From positions 1 to 40,361 of IMG/VR virus record IMGVR_UViG_3300026848_000007: DNA of 40,361 nt. One strand, given 5' to 3'. This document shows, piece after piece, positions 24,765-33,233 of the stretch. The DNA comes from a virus. Its lineage: Duplodnaviria > Caudoviricetes. The notes below the pieces were generated by a model. That model had not been told where the DNA came from and did no database searches. It saw nothing but the letters and a program-made list of their open reading frames with translations. Numbering within the stretch: position 1 is the first letter of the stretch; each line of letters opens with the position of its first letter. A program made the position numbers and the translations under genes.

Positions 24765-27074
24765 ATGGCCTACACGCCGTCAACGACATTTAATTTCAGC
24801 GGCGGCAGTTACACACCGTCAACGACCTTTGATTTTTCCGATGCGCCGCCATCAGAAAACATTGGTGACATTGCTTCTACGCTTGATGATGCTGTTGGTT
24901 CATTTTCTGCTTCGGTTGCCCTGTATGGTGATATCTCAGCCTCATTGGATGACGCGGTTGGTGTGTTTGAGGGGCGAATTCACGTTGCAGGCATTATTGA
25001 TGCTGTGCTGGATGATGTTACCGGCGAGTTTGTTGGTAACTTCGTCGACAATCAGGGCGTCCTCGATGCAGTACTTGATGACGTGGTCGGCGGAATTATC
25101 GGCAACTATGACTCAAACGTACAACGCTGGATAACAGCTGATCTGTTAAGTGAGTGGCAGGATACTGGTCAGGTCGATACCAAGTCACTGATGAGCCGTG
25201 ATCAGGCAACGCGAACCGACCATAAGGCTGTCAGTGTTCAGCAGAACGGGTTAATTCTGATCACAGAAACGGACCTTGATACTGACCAGGCGAAAAGGCT
25301 GGACCATGCCGCCTGCAGTGCAGAGCAAAAAGGCACAAGCCTGCAGACCGTGGCCACTATGGTGAGAGAGCAGGGCATTAAGATTCACCGCGCTATGCTA
25401 TCCGCCAATGAAACGGCGCTGAAACGACATATCGGCTCAGCTATGGTGGCTCAACAAATGACGAAGGTGTATCCGGATAGATGGCTTGCACCAATTCAGG
25501 ATACCGCCAAAACCCAGACCGACTTCAAACGCCTGGTGTGGTTGGAGCCGCCTCCAGAGCATCGCTACACACCTCAGACAACATTCAGCTTCAGCGATAA
25601 CGGTTACATACCTGACCCGGTATATGTCTGGGACTATGGCGAAACCGCCTATCTGGCGACTGGACACAACCTCGGTGTTGCCAGAAATGAGTTCAACAGC
25701 TACTGGCAGCGTGCCACTGACTTTCGTGACAAGCTCTGTTCAATTATCGAAATAGCCCGTCGGCCTCCACCAGGCAAAAGTCCATGGATTGATTTGCCGA
25801 GACCAGACCCTGATCCGGAGCCACCATCCGGCGAGACATTCGACGTACCCATTAGGGAGACCTACACCATGAATTTTGACGTCAGCGTGACCCTTGAGGA
25901 TCTGACTGAGATTGATGTCGATAACATCAAGCTCGACTATGACCGTGACAGCTTTGCCTGGGTATTCAGTGCCGAGCTATTGGATGCTGCTCAGATACCT
26001 CTGATTAAGCCCTTGTCGGATGGCTCAGCCGTGAAGCTTATCGTGACGTTGAACAGCTATGTCTTCCATATTCTGGTCGAAAAGCTACCTCACCGGCGCC
26101 GGTTTGGAGAAAAGAGAACCACCATTTCCGGCCGTGGTCTCAGTGCCGAACTAGCAGCGCCTTACTACCAGGCCACTACCGGCATGCAGGGTGATTTGCT
26201 GGCGATTCAGCAGCTGGCAGCGCTGCATGTGCCGGCAGGGTGGACGCTGAACTGGCAGCATGTGACCTGGAACGTGCCGGGCGGTGCTTATTCCTACCAG
26301 AACCGGACACCGATTCAGGCTATCGCCGATATTGCTGACGCAGCCGGTGCATTCGTGCGGCCATCACGGGATAGCAAGGTGCTGGACGTGATTCCGGTTT
26401 ATCCCGTACTGCCCTGGAGCTTCGGCTCAGTCTCGCTCGATGTGGCCATCCCCGAAGACATCATTGTCGAAGTCACGCACAGAGACACGTCCAGACAATA
26501 TGCTAATGGCGTCTATGTGCATGGGGCAGAAATCGGCGGCGAGGTTGGATTTTGCCGTCTTAACGGCACCGCCGGTGACGTGCTGATGCAAACCTATTCA
26601 AACCCGTTAATGACTGATGTCGTCGGCATTCGAGCCCAGGGCGAGCGTCTGCTTGCCTCAGAGTTTACACAGCCGGACATCGAAGGCCTGACCGTACCCC
26701 TCGACAGCAGCACCATGCCATTGTTGGAAGTCGGCACCTTCATCGGCGCCACGATTGACGGTAACGAAACCCGGGGCATAGTTAACGCGCTGAGCCTGTC
26801 AGCCCGTCGCGACCCGCCAGAGATTTATCAGACCGTGCGTATCGGCGAAGACACAAACAACCAGTGGATTGCCTTCCAGACCTTACTGCCAAAAGACCCG
26901 CTACTGATTGGCACGCTGCAGAGCACCGATGGCAGCACGTCGGTAATGCAACTGATTGATGGTGGTGTGATGATTGTCCGCGGTACAGGCACTGTCGGTG
27001 AGAAGTATTACATCCGGTCAGGCCAGATTCAGGGCGAAGCGCCGAATATGACTCAGAGTGAGGTGGTTATTTAA
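24765..27074 (+). CDS. Tail hub / baseplate-like protein with N-terminal repeats
   Basis: Last tail gene. ISGRGLSAEL and TPIQAIADIADAAGAFV resemble hub proteins. Confidence 0.6.
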   Translation: MAYTPSTTFNFSGGSYTPSTTFDFSDAPPSENIGDIASTLDDAVGSFSASVALYGDISASLDDAVGVFEGRIHVAGIIDAVLDDVTGEFVGNFVDNQGVLDAVLDDVVGGIIGNYDSNVQRWITADLLSEWQDTGQVDTKSLMSRDQATRTDHKAVSVQQNGLILITETDLDTDQAKRLDHAACSAEQKGTSLQTVATMVREQGIKIHRAMLSANETALKRHIGSAMVAQQMTKVYPDRWLAPIQDTAKTQTDFKRLVWLEPPPEHRYTPQTTFSFSDNGYIPDPVYVWDYGETAYLATGHNLGVARNEFNSYWQRATDFRDKLCSIIEIARRPPPGKSPWIDLPRPDPDPEPPSGETFDVPIRETYTMNFDVSVTLEDLTEIDVDNIKLDYDRDSFAWVFSAELLDAAQIPLIKPLSDGSAVKLIVTLNSYVFHILVEKLPHRRRFGEKRTTISGRGLSAELAAPYYQATTGMQGDLLAIQQLAALHVPAGWTLNWQHVTWNVPGGAYSYQNRTPIQAIADIADAAGAFVRPSRDSKVLDVIPVYPVLPWSFGSVSLDVAIPEDIIVEVTHRDTSRQYANGVYVHGAEIGGEVGFCRLNGTAGDVLMQTYSNPLMTDVVGIRAQGERLLASEFTQPDIEGLTVPLDSSTMPLLEVGTFIGATIDGNETRGIVNALSLSARRDPPEIYQTVRIGEDTNNQWIAFQTLLPKDPLLIGTLQSTDGSTSVMQLIDGGVMIVRGTGTVGEKYYIRSGQIQGEAPNMTQSEVVI

Positions 27075-27679
27075 CCTTGCAAAGAATCTTCTAATTTATA
27101 TTTCTCACGATAGATAGACTCATAATTGATGATGAATTTAGTTTTTTTACCGTTCAGTTCTACGAAGCTTTTTAGCCTCTGATATGCATGATTATTATCT
27201 GGCATTCTTACCTCGAATACTCTGATTTCTCCGCTTGAAGGAATAATCATAGTGTCATTGAGACCTGAAACCGCTGCAGACTCCCATCCACTAGGAACCA
27301 GGACATTAAGTAGTTCCATTATTTGCTCAATGCCTGTTCCTGGCACCTCAGTGCCATCGTAAAGTATTGAATGAGACCTTATAATCGCTGGGCCATGCCC
27401 GTTATTGTGGACTTTTACGTCAAAAAATACATACGGTTTATTTGTAAAGGTATAGCTGAGTGATAGGTAGGGGGCTGTGGTCATTCTGTTCTCTTCTCTG
27501 GAGATATTAATCTGCCAAACGGTAAGACCTAAAGCGCAGAATGATGTGACTGCAGTTGCAGAGTAAAAAATCACTTCTGAAGTGATGCCTTCGCCGGGAA
27601 TGACTGTCAGCCATGCGATTACCAACACGCCAATAAATATCCCTACAAGTAATGCAATTCCTGTAATTAGGTGGTTCAT
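27071..27679 (-). CDS. Membrane-anchored accessory protein
   Basis: Two N-terminal transmembrane segments, VHNNGHGPA motif, AT-rich. Confidence 0.7.
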   Translation of the reverse strand: MNHLITGIALLVGIFIGVLVIAWLTVIPGEGITSEVIFYSATAVTSFCALGLTVWQINISREENRMTTAPYLSLSYTFTNKPYVFFDVKVHNNGHGPAIIRSHSILYDGTEVPGTGIEQIMELLNVLVPSGWESAAVSGLNDTMIIPSSGEIRVFEVRMPDNNHAYQRLKSFVELNGKKTKFIINYESIYREKYKLEDSLQG

Positions 27680-27969
27680 TACCAGCGCGACTGTTTCGAG
27701 TATGTAGCAAAGGCTCTAAAAGCGAAGATGATGGATAACCCAAGAAGCATAATCGGGATCAGGTAGACGAGCCAACCAATACTGCCGATGAAAGCATTGG
27801 CAATCACATCTTTATCTACTGGGTGATTGTAAGCATAGGCCCAACGATAGGCGTAGCTTGATAGAACCAGAAAGATAACTGAGACAACCACGCCAAATTT
27901 CCAGCTGTAGCCGGTCAACTCTAACAACATGTCGATGAATTTCTCTGAGGGCTTAATCCGTTTTGCCAT
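27679..27969 (-). CDS. Small two-transmembrane accessory protein
   Basis: Two hydrophobic helices, coupled to the next gene. Confidence 0.7.
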   Translation of the reverse strand: MAKRIKPSEKFIDMLLELTGYSWKFGVVVSVIFLVLSSYAYRWAYAYNHPVDKDVIANAFIGSIGWLVYLIPIMLLGLSIIFAFRAFATYSKQSRW

Positions 27970-27974
27970 GTAAT

Positions 27975-28850
27975 TTAATCCTTACTTGGTTTGTCCGTGT
28001 GGTTTGGGAGTCCTGGTTGCACACTAGTGAAAGGTGATTGTTTTGTGTCGTAATAGTCGATACTGTTCACTTTGAAGCGATTATTTAGAATTTCTTTGTA
28101 GTCGAGCTCGACATCTCTTCTATGTGTGTGTTTTGGCCGTGCTAATGACTTGGATATTTGTCCTGAGTATTGCTTTTGAGTTTTGTCATTAAGTGTTTCA
28201 AATTCATTATTAAATTTGCGTGACACTTCAACAAATGACTTGTATACCTTTCCAAAAAGTGGGGTGTCTATTGCTAGTTCATACGCATAAGTTCGAATGA
28301 ATTCACCTAAAAACTCCCTGCTACCGTAAATCGAGAGCCATGAGCCAGACTTACCAGCCTTGAGGCTTGCTACTAACTCTTCAAGAGCCGCTAGCATTGA
28401 TTTGCTATCAATTTCACCTGAGTCTCTGATCTGTCCCAATAGGTTTATTATTTCGTCGAACAGATCCGGTAAACGACTTTCATCAAAGTACTGCTGGAAT
28501 GTCTCTTCGAAATCGATACCCGAAGTTGTGTTGTCTTCATGCGTGAATTGATAAGCTTCAAGTTGTTTATTGACCTCAATAATCGTACGCATCAGAGCTT
28601 CAGGTTTTATGGCATTATTTGTGTATCTCTCAAGGGCGCCATTGAGGTTTTTGAGCCAAGCAGGCTTGTCAGGTTGAGCAAGTAAGTCGAGAAGAGTTTG
28701 AGACGAGGATAAACAGCGCTCAGCTTCAACTTTCTTTGCTTGATCATTCTTGTTGACAAACGTGACAACCAGGTTTGCAACGTTATTTTTTAGTTTGCTG
28801 TGTTTGTCAGTGATTGTACGGGCGACTTTTTCATGGGTTTGTTCAGGCAT
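27975..28850 (-). CDS. Helical hypothetical accessory protein
   Basis: 291-aa AT-rich ORF in the minus-strand operon. Confidence 0.7.
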   Translation of the reverse strand: MPEQTHEKVARTITDKHSKLKNNVANLVVTFVNKNDQAKKVEAERCLSSSQTLLDLLAQPDKPAWLKNLNGALERYTNNAIKPEALMRTIIEVNKQLEAYQFTHEDNTTSGIDFEETFQQYFDESRLPDLFDEIINLLGQIRDSGEIDSKSMLAALEELVASLKAGKSGSWLSIYGSREFLGEFIRTYAYELAIDTPLFGKVYKSFVEVSRKFNNEFETLNDKTQKQYSGQISKSLARPKHTHRRDVELDYKEILNNRFKVNSIDYYDTKQSPFTSVQPGLPNHTDKPSKD

Positions 28851-28863
28851 TACTGGTGTCCTC

Positions 28864-29427
28864 TCACTGCAGCCAAACCGGCAGCGGCAGGTAGTCCTTA
28901 AAGTCCGTTACCTTCCCATCTCGATTAACCGTGATCACTTTTTCTGAGCGAACATAGCCGCCATAGGCATTAGTGGCTCGGTAGTTAATGAGAGTTTTGT
29001 GCTCGCCTATACCGTTGAAGGTTTGAACCCATTCCAGATCTTTGAGCGAGTCGGGGTCTCTGAGTGCTTCGTCGAGATAGTTGAGGGTCGCCTTCTTTAC
29101 TTCATCTGGGGTTTCAACTTCGTCCCACAGGTCTTTTTCAGAAAGCTTTGTTGACCCTGATTCGCCAGGCAAAGTAGAGACGTGCCTTTCTATGGTTTGA
29201 TTGGCTTGTTGCTCCTGCTTTAATCGCAGTTGCTCGGCCATGCGTTCCTGTTCGATACGGTGCCGGCGCTCGGTTTCAGTTTCTTTTGCCCATTCTGTGT
29301 TTTGGTCATCTGCACAAGGCTGAGCCTGAAAACTGGTGTTACCGAGTGAGTCTGAGCATTTGTAAATCTCAGCAAAGGCACTGCCAGAGCAAGCCACTGA
29401 AAAGAGAAAAATTGCCTGTTTAAGCAT
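28864..29427 (-). CDS. Exported DUF4124-like protein
   Basis: Signal peptide ending AFA, then EIYKC.D..G...FQ.QPC. C-terminal LRDPDS..YRATNAYGGY domain. Confidence 0.7.
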   Translation of the reverse strand: MLKQAIFLFSVACSGSAFAEIYKCSDSLGNTSFQAQPCADDQNTEWAKETETERRHRIEQERMAEQLRLKQEQQANQTIERHVSTLPGESGSTKLSEKDLWDEVETPDEVKKATLNYLDEALRDPDSLKDLEWVQTFNGIGEHKTLINYRATNAYGGYVRSEKVITVNRDGKVTDFKDYLPLPVWLQ

Positions 29428-29441
29428 AAAAACACTCCGTG

Positions 29442-30191
29442 TTATTGAATTTTTCGTATTACCTGCAGAATGAGTTGCTTTGATTCCTCATCCAGTGAGC
29501 GAAAAAGCTGAAGGAGCTCGTACTCTTCTGAGTTTTTATCGACCGGTGTCGTATAAAGTGGACTGCTGGTATCGGCTATGACATCAGGTAATGAGTTGGG
29601 CAGAGCGAAGAGCTCAAGGCGGTCATTCATACTGACCAGTCCGGCGCCAGAGAGCAGCCCATCTTTTTTACTATCACCCAGAAGTTCGTATGTGCCGAGC
29701 TCACCATTCACTAAGCTATTCATAGCTTCTTGTGAAATCGTAGTCATCATGAAAGCGCTTGCATGCAGGGCGGCTTCAGAAATTGCTTTGACTCCTGCGG
29801 GTGATAGAACTTCGATAGCCGTATATTCGATAAAGCCACTTCGGGCTCTTTGGAAAGCTGATGCCATCGTCAGCACGATGGCAGTTCGGTCGGTATCGTC
29901 AACAATATAGGCAGTCCAGGCCTCCTGGGCGAGGAGGTCTTCCAACACGTCAGCACATTCACCGTCATGTTCAAGCTTTGCCAGTCGATAAGGTGAGCCT
30001 TTACCCTCTGTTAACCACAAAAATGAAGCGTTTTCGCATTTCGAAATGATGCTGAGAACGTTCTCGCTCGGTTCAGCGGTCTGATCCTTGATGTGCTTTA
30101 CCGTATCGCGAGCTATACCCATGCCGCCAAGCCATGTGTGATGGGCTCTGTCCTTTCTTAGATACTCAATACGATCAAAGAGTGAACTCAT
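29442..30191 (-). CDS. Immunity repressor (Xre-type HTH, no S24 peptidase motif seen)
   Basis: Divergent from the early operon. N-terminal HTH ending PSENVL..I...WLTEGKG. Confidence 0.75.
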   Translation of the reverse strand: MSSLFDRIEYLRKDRAHHTWLGGMGIARDTVKHIKDQTAEPSENVLSIISKCENASFLWLTEGKGSPYRLAKLEHDGECADVLEDLLAQEAWTAYIVDDTDRTAIVLTMASAFQRARSGFIEYTAIEVLSPAGVKAISEAALHASAFMMTTISQEAMNSLVNGELGTYELLGDSKKDGLLSGAGLVSMNDRLELFALPNSLPDVIADTSSPLYTTPVDKNSEEYELLQLFRSLDEESKQLILQVIRKIQ

Positions 30192-30290
30192 AAGTAATAA
30201 AATAATTCCTAAAATGTGTTGACTTAGTAATTAAGCCCATTTAAAGTACATAAAAAGTTACTAAGTAACTAATCACTTACTTAAGCGGGG
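30185..30290. promoter_or_regulatory. Immunity switch region: rightward sigma70 promoter and operator repeats
   Basis: TTGACT(30219)-17 bp-TAAAGT(30242). Perfect inverted repeat AGTTACT-A-AGTAACT at 30256-30270, degenerate copies at 30218-30232 and 30185-30199. Confidence 0.75.
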
Positions 30291-30300
30291 AGTCTATCAC

Positions 30301-30474
30301 ATGTCTACTAACAGCAAATCTGAAACAGGTCGCTTAACTGCTGATGTGCCACTGACGCTAGCGCGAAGAGTGAAATCTAAGGCCGCTGAATTAGGAAAAA
30401 CGAAAAACGAGTTTGTCGGTGAGGGCATGGAGCTGTACCTGAAACAGTTAGAGAAACAACAACCAGCCGCATAG
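30301..30474 (+). CDS. 57-aa ribbon-helix-helix protein at the Cro position (not in ORF track)
   Basis: SD GGGGAG. MSTNSKSETGRLTADVPLTLARRVKSKAAELGKTKNEFVGEGMELYLKQLEKQQPAA fits the Arc/CopG pattern. Confidence 0.8.
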   Translation: MSTNSKSETGRLTADVPLTLARRVKSKAAELGKTKNEFVGEGMELYLKQLEKQQPAA

Positions 30475-30481
30475 GAATAGT

Positions 30482-30615
30482 GGTCAAGCAGGGCGGCAAC
30501 CCTGCCTGACCGGTTGAGGCTGGCTTTTCCGTACCTTTTACCTCTGAGCTTTCGCTCAAGGTCAATCATAGCCAGCCCCTTTTAGAGAGCAAGTCGAAAG
30601 TAGGGGCAAAACGAC
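30482..30615 (+). ncRNA. Structured intergenic RNA / cII leader (putative)
   Basis: Hairpin 30482-30511. Stem GGCTGGCT(30518-25)/AGCCAGCC(30570-77) encloses hairpin 30540-30562. Confidence 0.5.
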
Positions 30616-31074
30616 ATGGCCAACATGTTCGATCCGATAGAGCAGGCGAGTTACGACCTGGTCCATGATTTCAAAGGCGGTGCCGCCAGACTGGCACCGC
30701 TGGCGAATATGAATGCGGGCACCTTGCAGCACAAGGTCAACCCGACGATGGAAACCCATCACCTTCACCTTAAAGAATCCGTCAGCCTGATGAATGCAAC
30801 ACAGGACTTCCGCCTGCTGCATGCCGTCAGCGCTCAGCTGGGTTTTGTCTGTGTGCCTACCGGCAAGTATCAAGATGTTTCTGATGTGGAGTTTCTGACG
30901 CTCTACACCGCCGCTATGAAAGAGGTCGGCGACCTATCTAAAGCCATTCAGGATGCCTTTGCGGATAAACGCATCACACAAAAGGAAGTGAAACGTGTCC
31001 GCCGTGAAGCGTTGGAAGCGGTTGCAGCACTGGCTGAACTGCCAGCCCGACTGGAGGCCATGAGCGATGAGTAA
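30616..31074 (+). CDS. Phage regulatory protein, 186/P2-type CII family
   Basis: GGAARLA...N.GTLQHKVNP...HHL..E...L..T.D..LLHA, placed after the cro-like gene. Confidence 0.75.
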   Translation: MANMFDPIEQASYDLVHDFKGGAARLAPLANMNAGTLQHKVNPTMETHHLHLKESVSLMNATQDFRLLHAVSAQLGFVCVPTGKYQDVSDVEFLTLYTAAMKEVGDLSKAIQDAFADKRITQKEVKRVRREALEAVAALAELPARLEAMSDE

Positions 31075-31411
31075 GTTATTTCGCCTCCTGAATCCAAAAA
31101 TCGGCCTCAATGCTAATCAGCGTGTGTGGCTTGAACTCGGCCAGAGCCTGCCCATCGGTAAGGGCCGTGCCTACCGTCTACTCAACATCCGTTCGGGTGA
31201 GAAAACCCAGCCTGCGTTCGCTGAGGAAATCTTCGGACACACGATGAAATACCACGACATCGAGGACGGCCACTGGCGCTGTGAAACAGTGCGCGAGGGC
31301 TATCTCGAAATCATTCCCAAAGCAGTGCGTTATGACCAATCCGGCCGTGTTGATGCGGTGCTGGTTGATTTGTTACTGACACCGGCCTCAATGGTCTCGG
31401 GTCAGGTTTAA
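31067..31411 (+). CDS. Hypothetical protein
   Basis: GGAGG SD, overlaps the cII-like stop. Confidence 0.65.
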   Translation: MSKLFRLLNPKIGLNANQRVWLELGQSLPIGKGRAYRLLNIRSGEKTQPAFAEEIFGHTMKYHDIEDGHWRCETVREGYLEIIPKAVRYDQSGRVDAVLVDLLLTPASMVSGQV

Positions 31412-31413
31412 CC

Positions 31414-31451
31414 CCCGATCGTCTTTTTCAGCTTCAGCGATCGGGCTTTTT
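31414..31451 (+). terminator. Terminator-like hairpin before the tyrosine recombinase
   Basis: CCCGATCG...CGATCGGG followed by CTTTTT. Confidence 0.55.
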
Positions 31452-31467
31452 ATACAAGGGGTGCGTT

Positions 31468-32064
31468 ATGGAAACAATGGAGAGGTATCTGACCCAGCAG
31501 GAAGAGCGGCAGCTGCTCAACACTGTGGCTCGGGTGAATGATGTTTACGCCAAAAGAGACTATGCCTGGATGCGTCTGCTACGGCATACCGGCCTGCGTA
31601 TTGGCTCCTGTGCGGCTTTGACTGTAGACGATGCACAAGAGGGTATCGCTACCGGTAACCTGCCGGTTAACCCTGAGTTTGCCAAGCGTGGCAAAGGTGG
31701 CCATGTGCCACTGAACAAGGCTGCCCGTCAGGCGCTCACTGATCTGCTCAAAATTCGCCGTGAAATGGGGCATGAAAAGGATATGCAAGGCCGCCTGATT
31801 ATGGGGCGTAAACACCGGGGTTTGAGTGTTCGCAGCTTTCAGGCGCGTATGCAGCACTGGCGTGATGAAGCAGACCTGCCTGTTGATGTGTCGCCTCACT
31901 GGTTCCGTCATACCCTCGGTGTTCGCATCATGCAGCATTCCACCGCAGCCAACCCGTTGGGCGTCGTTCAGCGCGTGTTACTGCACAGCAATATTGCCTC
32001 TACTGGCATCTACACCCGACCTTCGAAAGAAGATGTTCAGCTCTCACTGGAGGCGGCGTCATGA
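31468..32064 (+). CDS. Short tyrosine recombinase (catalytic domain only)
   Basis: TGLRIGS (R), AKRGK (K), SPHWFRH (HxxR), LLHSNIASTGIY (H, Y). 198 aa. Confidence 0.9.
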   Translation: METMERYLTQQEERQLLNTVARVNDVYAKRDYAWMRLLRHTGLRIGSCAALTVDDAQEGIATGNLPVNPEFAKRGKGGHVPLNKAARQALTDLLKIRREMGHEKDMQGRLIMGRKHRGLSVRSFQARMQHWRDEADLPVDVSPHWFRHTLGVRIMQHSTAANPLGVVQRVLLHSNIASTGIYTRPSKEDVQLSLEAAS

Positions 32065-32399
32065 GTGATTTAACACTTAGGCAGTTGCAAACACAGTTGC
32101 CATGGACTGTTCATTATCACCGCGATTTTCGTTCTTCATCCATGAGCCATAAGGACTTCGGTCATGCGCTGCTCCATGTTCAGAAAGCTGCAGGAAAACT
32201 CGCTGCGGTAGTCAATGACGCTGAGCATGGAGGTAGTGATTTTAAAGCTGAAGAGGTTGACCGGTACGTTGCTGATCTAGTGGTTTGCGCTTTGCGAATG
32301 GCTAACACCTGTCCAGGCAGAACTATCGATCTACAACGAGCTGTTGAAAGCAGGATTGAAACCAAAAACGAAGCCGAGCTAGCAAGGGAGCAGCAATGA
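32061..32399 (+). CDS. MazG-like all-alpha protein (degenerate)
   Basis: HALLHVQKAAGKL...VADLVVCALRMAN..IDLQRAVESRIETKN. Confidence 0.45.
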   Translation: MSDLTLRQLQTQLPWTVHYHRDFRSSSMSHKDFGHALLHVQKAAGKLAAVVNDAEHGGSDFKAEEVDRYVADLVVCALRMANTCPGRTIDLQRAVESRIETKNEAELAREQQ

Positions 32400-32866
32400 A
32401 CCGCGAAAACCGCTACCTGGTGTTAAAACACACCGATATCACTGCTGGCCTGAGCATGGCCCAGCGCAAAATCCTCGAATCACTGGCTGACATGGTCGCC
32501 GACCGTCGTTCTATCGAAGGCAAACACATGCTGCAAGCGGTCGTTATCGAATCTGACTGGCCGGAATACGAGCCTGTCTGGCGTATGTTGGCGCGTCGTG
32601 TTGAGCCTTGGGCGCCGCCGACACCAGAGCAAAAGGCTGGGGCGATGGCGCTGCTGCAGCACCACGCCACCATAACGGCCTACCTGAAAGGTAAAGGCGT
32701 TTTTGAGGTCAGCCTTTCTCAGGGTAATTACCTGCTCAATGTGGCTGGCAACTGCCCCAAGTCCGGCGCGTTGCTGAACAAAACCGACCTGCAGCGGTTT
32801 ATCGATGAGCTGCAGGTTCTCTGCGATGCGATGTCGCCTGCGAATCAGAAGAGGGCACACGCATGA
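32396..32866 (+). CDS. Hypothetical phage protein
   Basis: ATGA coupling. RENRYLVLK..VVIESDWPEYEPVW N-terminal domain. Confidence 0.7.
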   Translation: MNRENRYLVLKHTDITAGLSMAQRKILESLADMVADRRSIEGKHMLQAVVIESDWPEYEPVWRMLARRVEPWAPPTPEQKAGAMALLQHHATITAYLKGKGVFEVSLSQGNYLLNVAGNCPKSGALLNKTDLQRFIDELQVLCDAMSPANQKRAHA

Positions 32867-33075
32867 GCGTATTCATTTTGTTTTTACTAAGCGTTGCCTA
32901 TCTCGTTATTGGGCAGGTTTTTCTGCTGAGTTGTGATCTGGAACTGCGCACGGTTTGCCGCCGTATTTGGGCTAACAGCTGGCTGTATGTCTTCGCCTCA
33001 GTTGTCTGGCCGCTGACTTGCCTATGGATTAGAGCTAAATGGCTACGCAAACAAAAAAACGCCGGGTCAATCTGA
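32863..33075 (+). CDS. Small membrane protein
   Basis: ATGA coupling, two hydrophobic segments. Confidence 0.55.
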   Translation: MSVFILFLLSVAYLVIGQVFLLSCDLELRTVCRRIWANSWLYVFASVVWPLTCLWIRAKWLRKQKNAGSI

Positions 33076-33233
33076 GCGCCTTACCGCCGGAACGTAAGCG
33101 GGCAGCGCGAGATTACCTGGCAGACAAACAGCCGGAGACGCTGAAGCTTATCGAGTCGGATTTTTTCCAGACCTTGCGGGATGAGTTCCCCAACGGGTCA
33201 GTCATCGTAGAAATTGAAGTGGAGTCGAAATGA
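33039..33233 (+). CDS. Hypothetical protein
   Basis: Part of the coupled early gene chain. Confidence 0.6.
   Translation: MATQTKKRRVNLSALPPERKRAARDYLADKQPETLKLIESDFFQTLRDEFPNGSVIVEIEVESK

Noticed and set aside
19677-27074. Diversity-generating retroelement or tail-fibre shufflon
   Set aside because: No reverse transcriptase, no template/variable repeat pair, and no inverted fibre cassettes seen. Repeats are degenerate protein-level modules.
30297-30873. Minus-strand ORFs 30297-30569, 30377-30565 and 30562-30873
   Set aside because: Antisense to the better supported RHH and cII-like genes.
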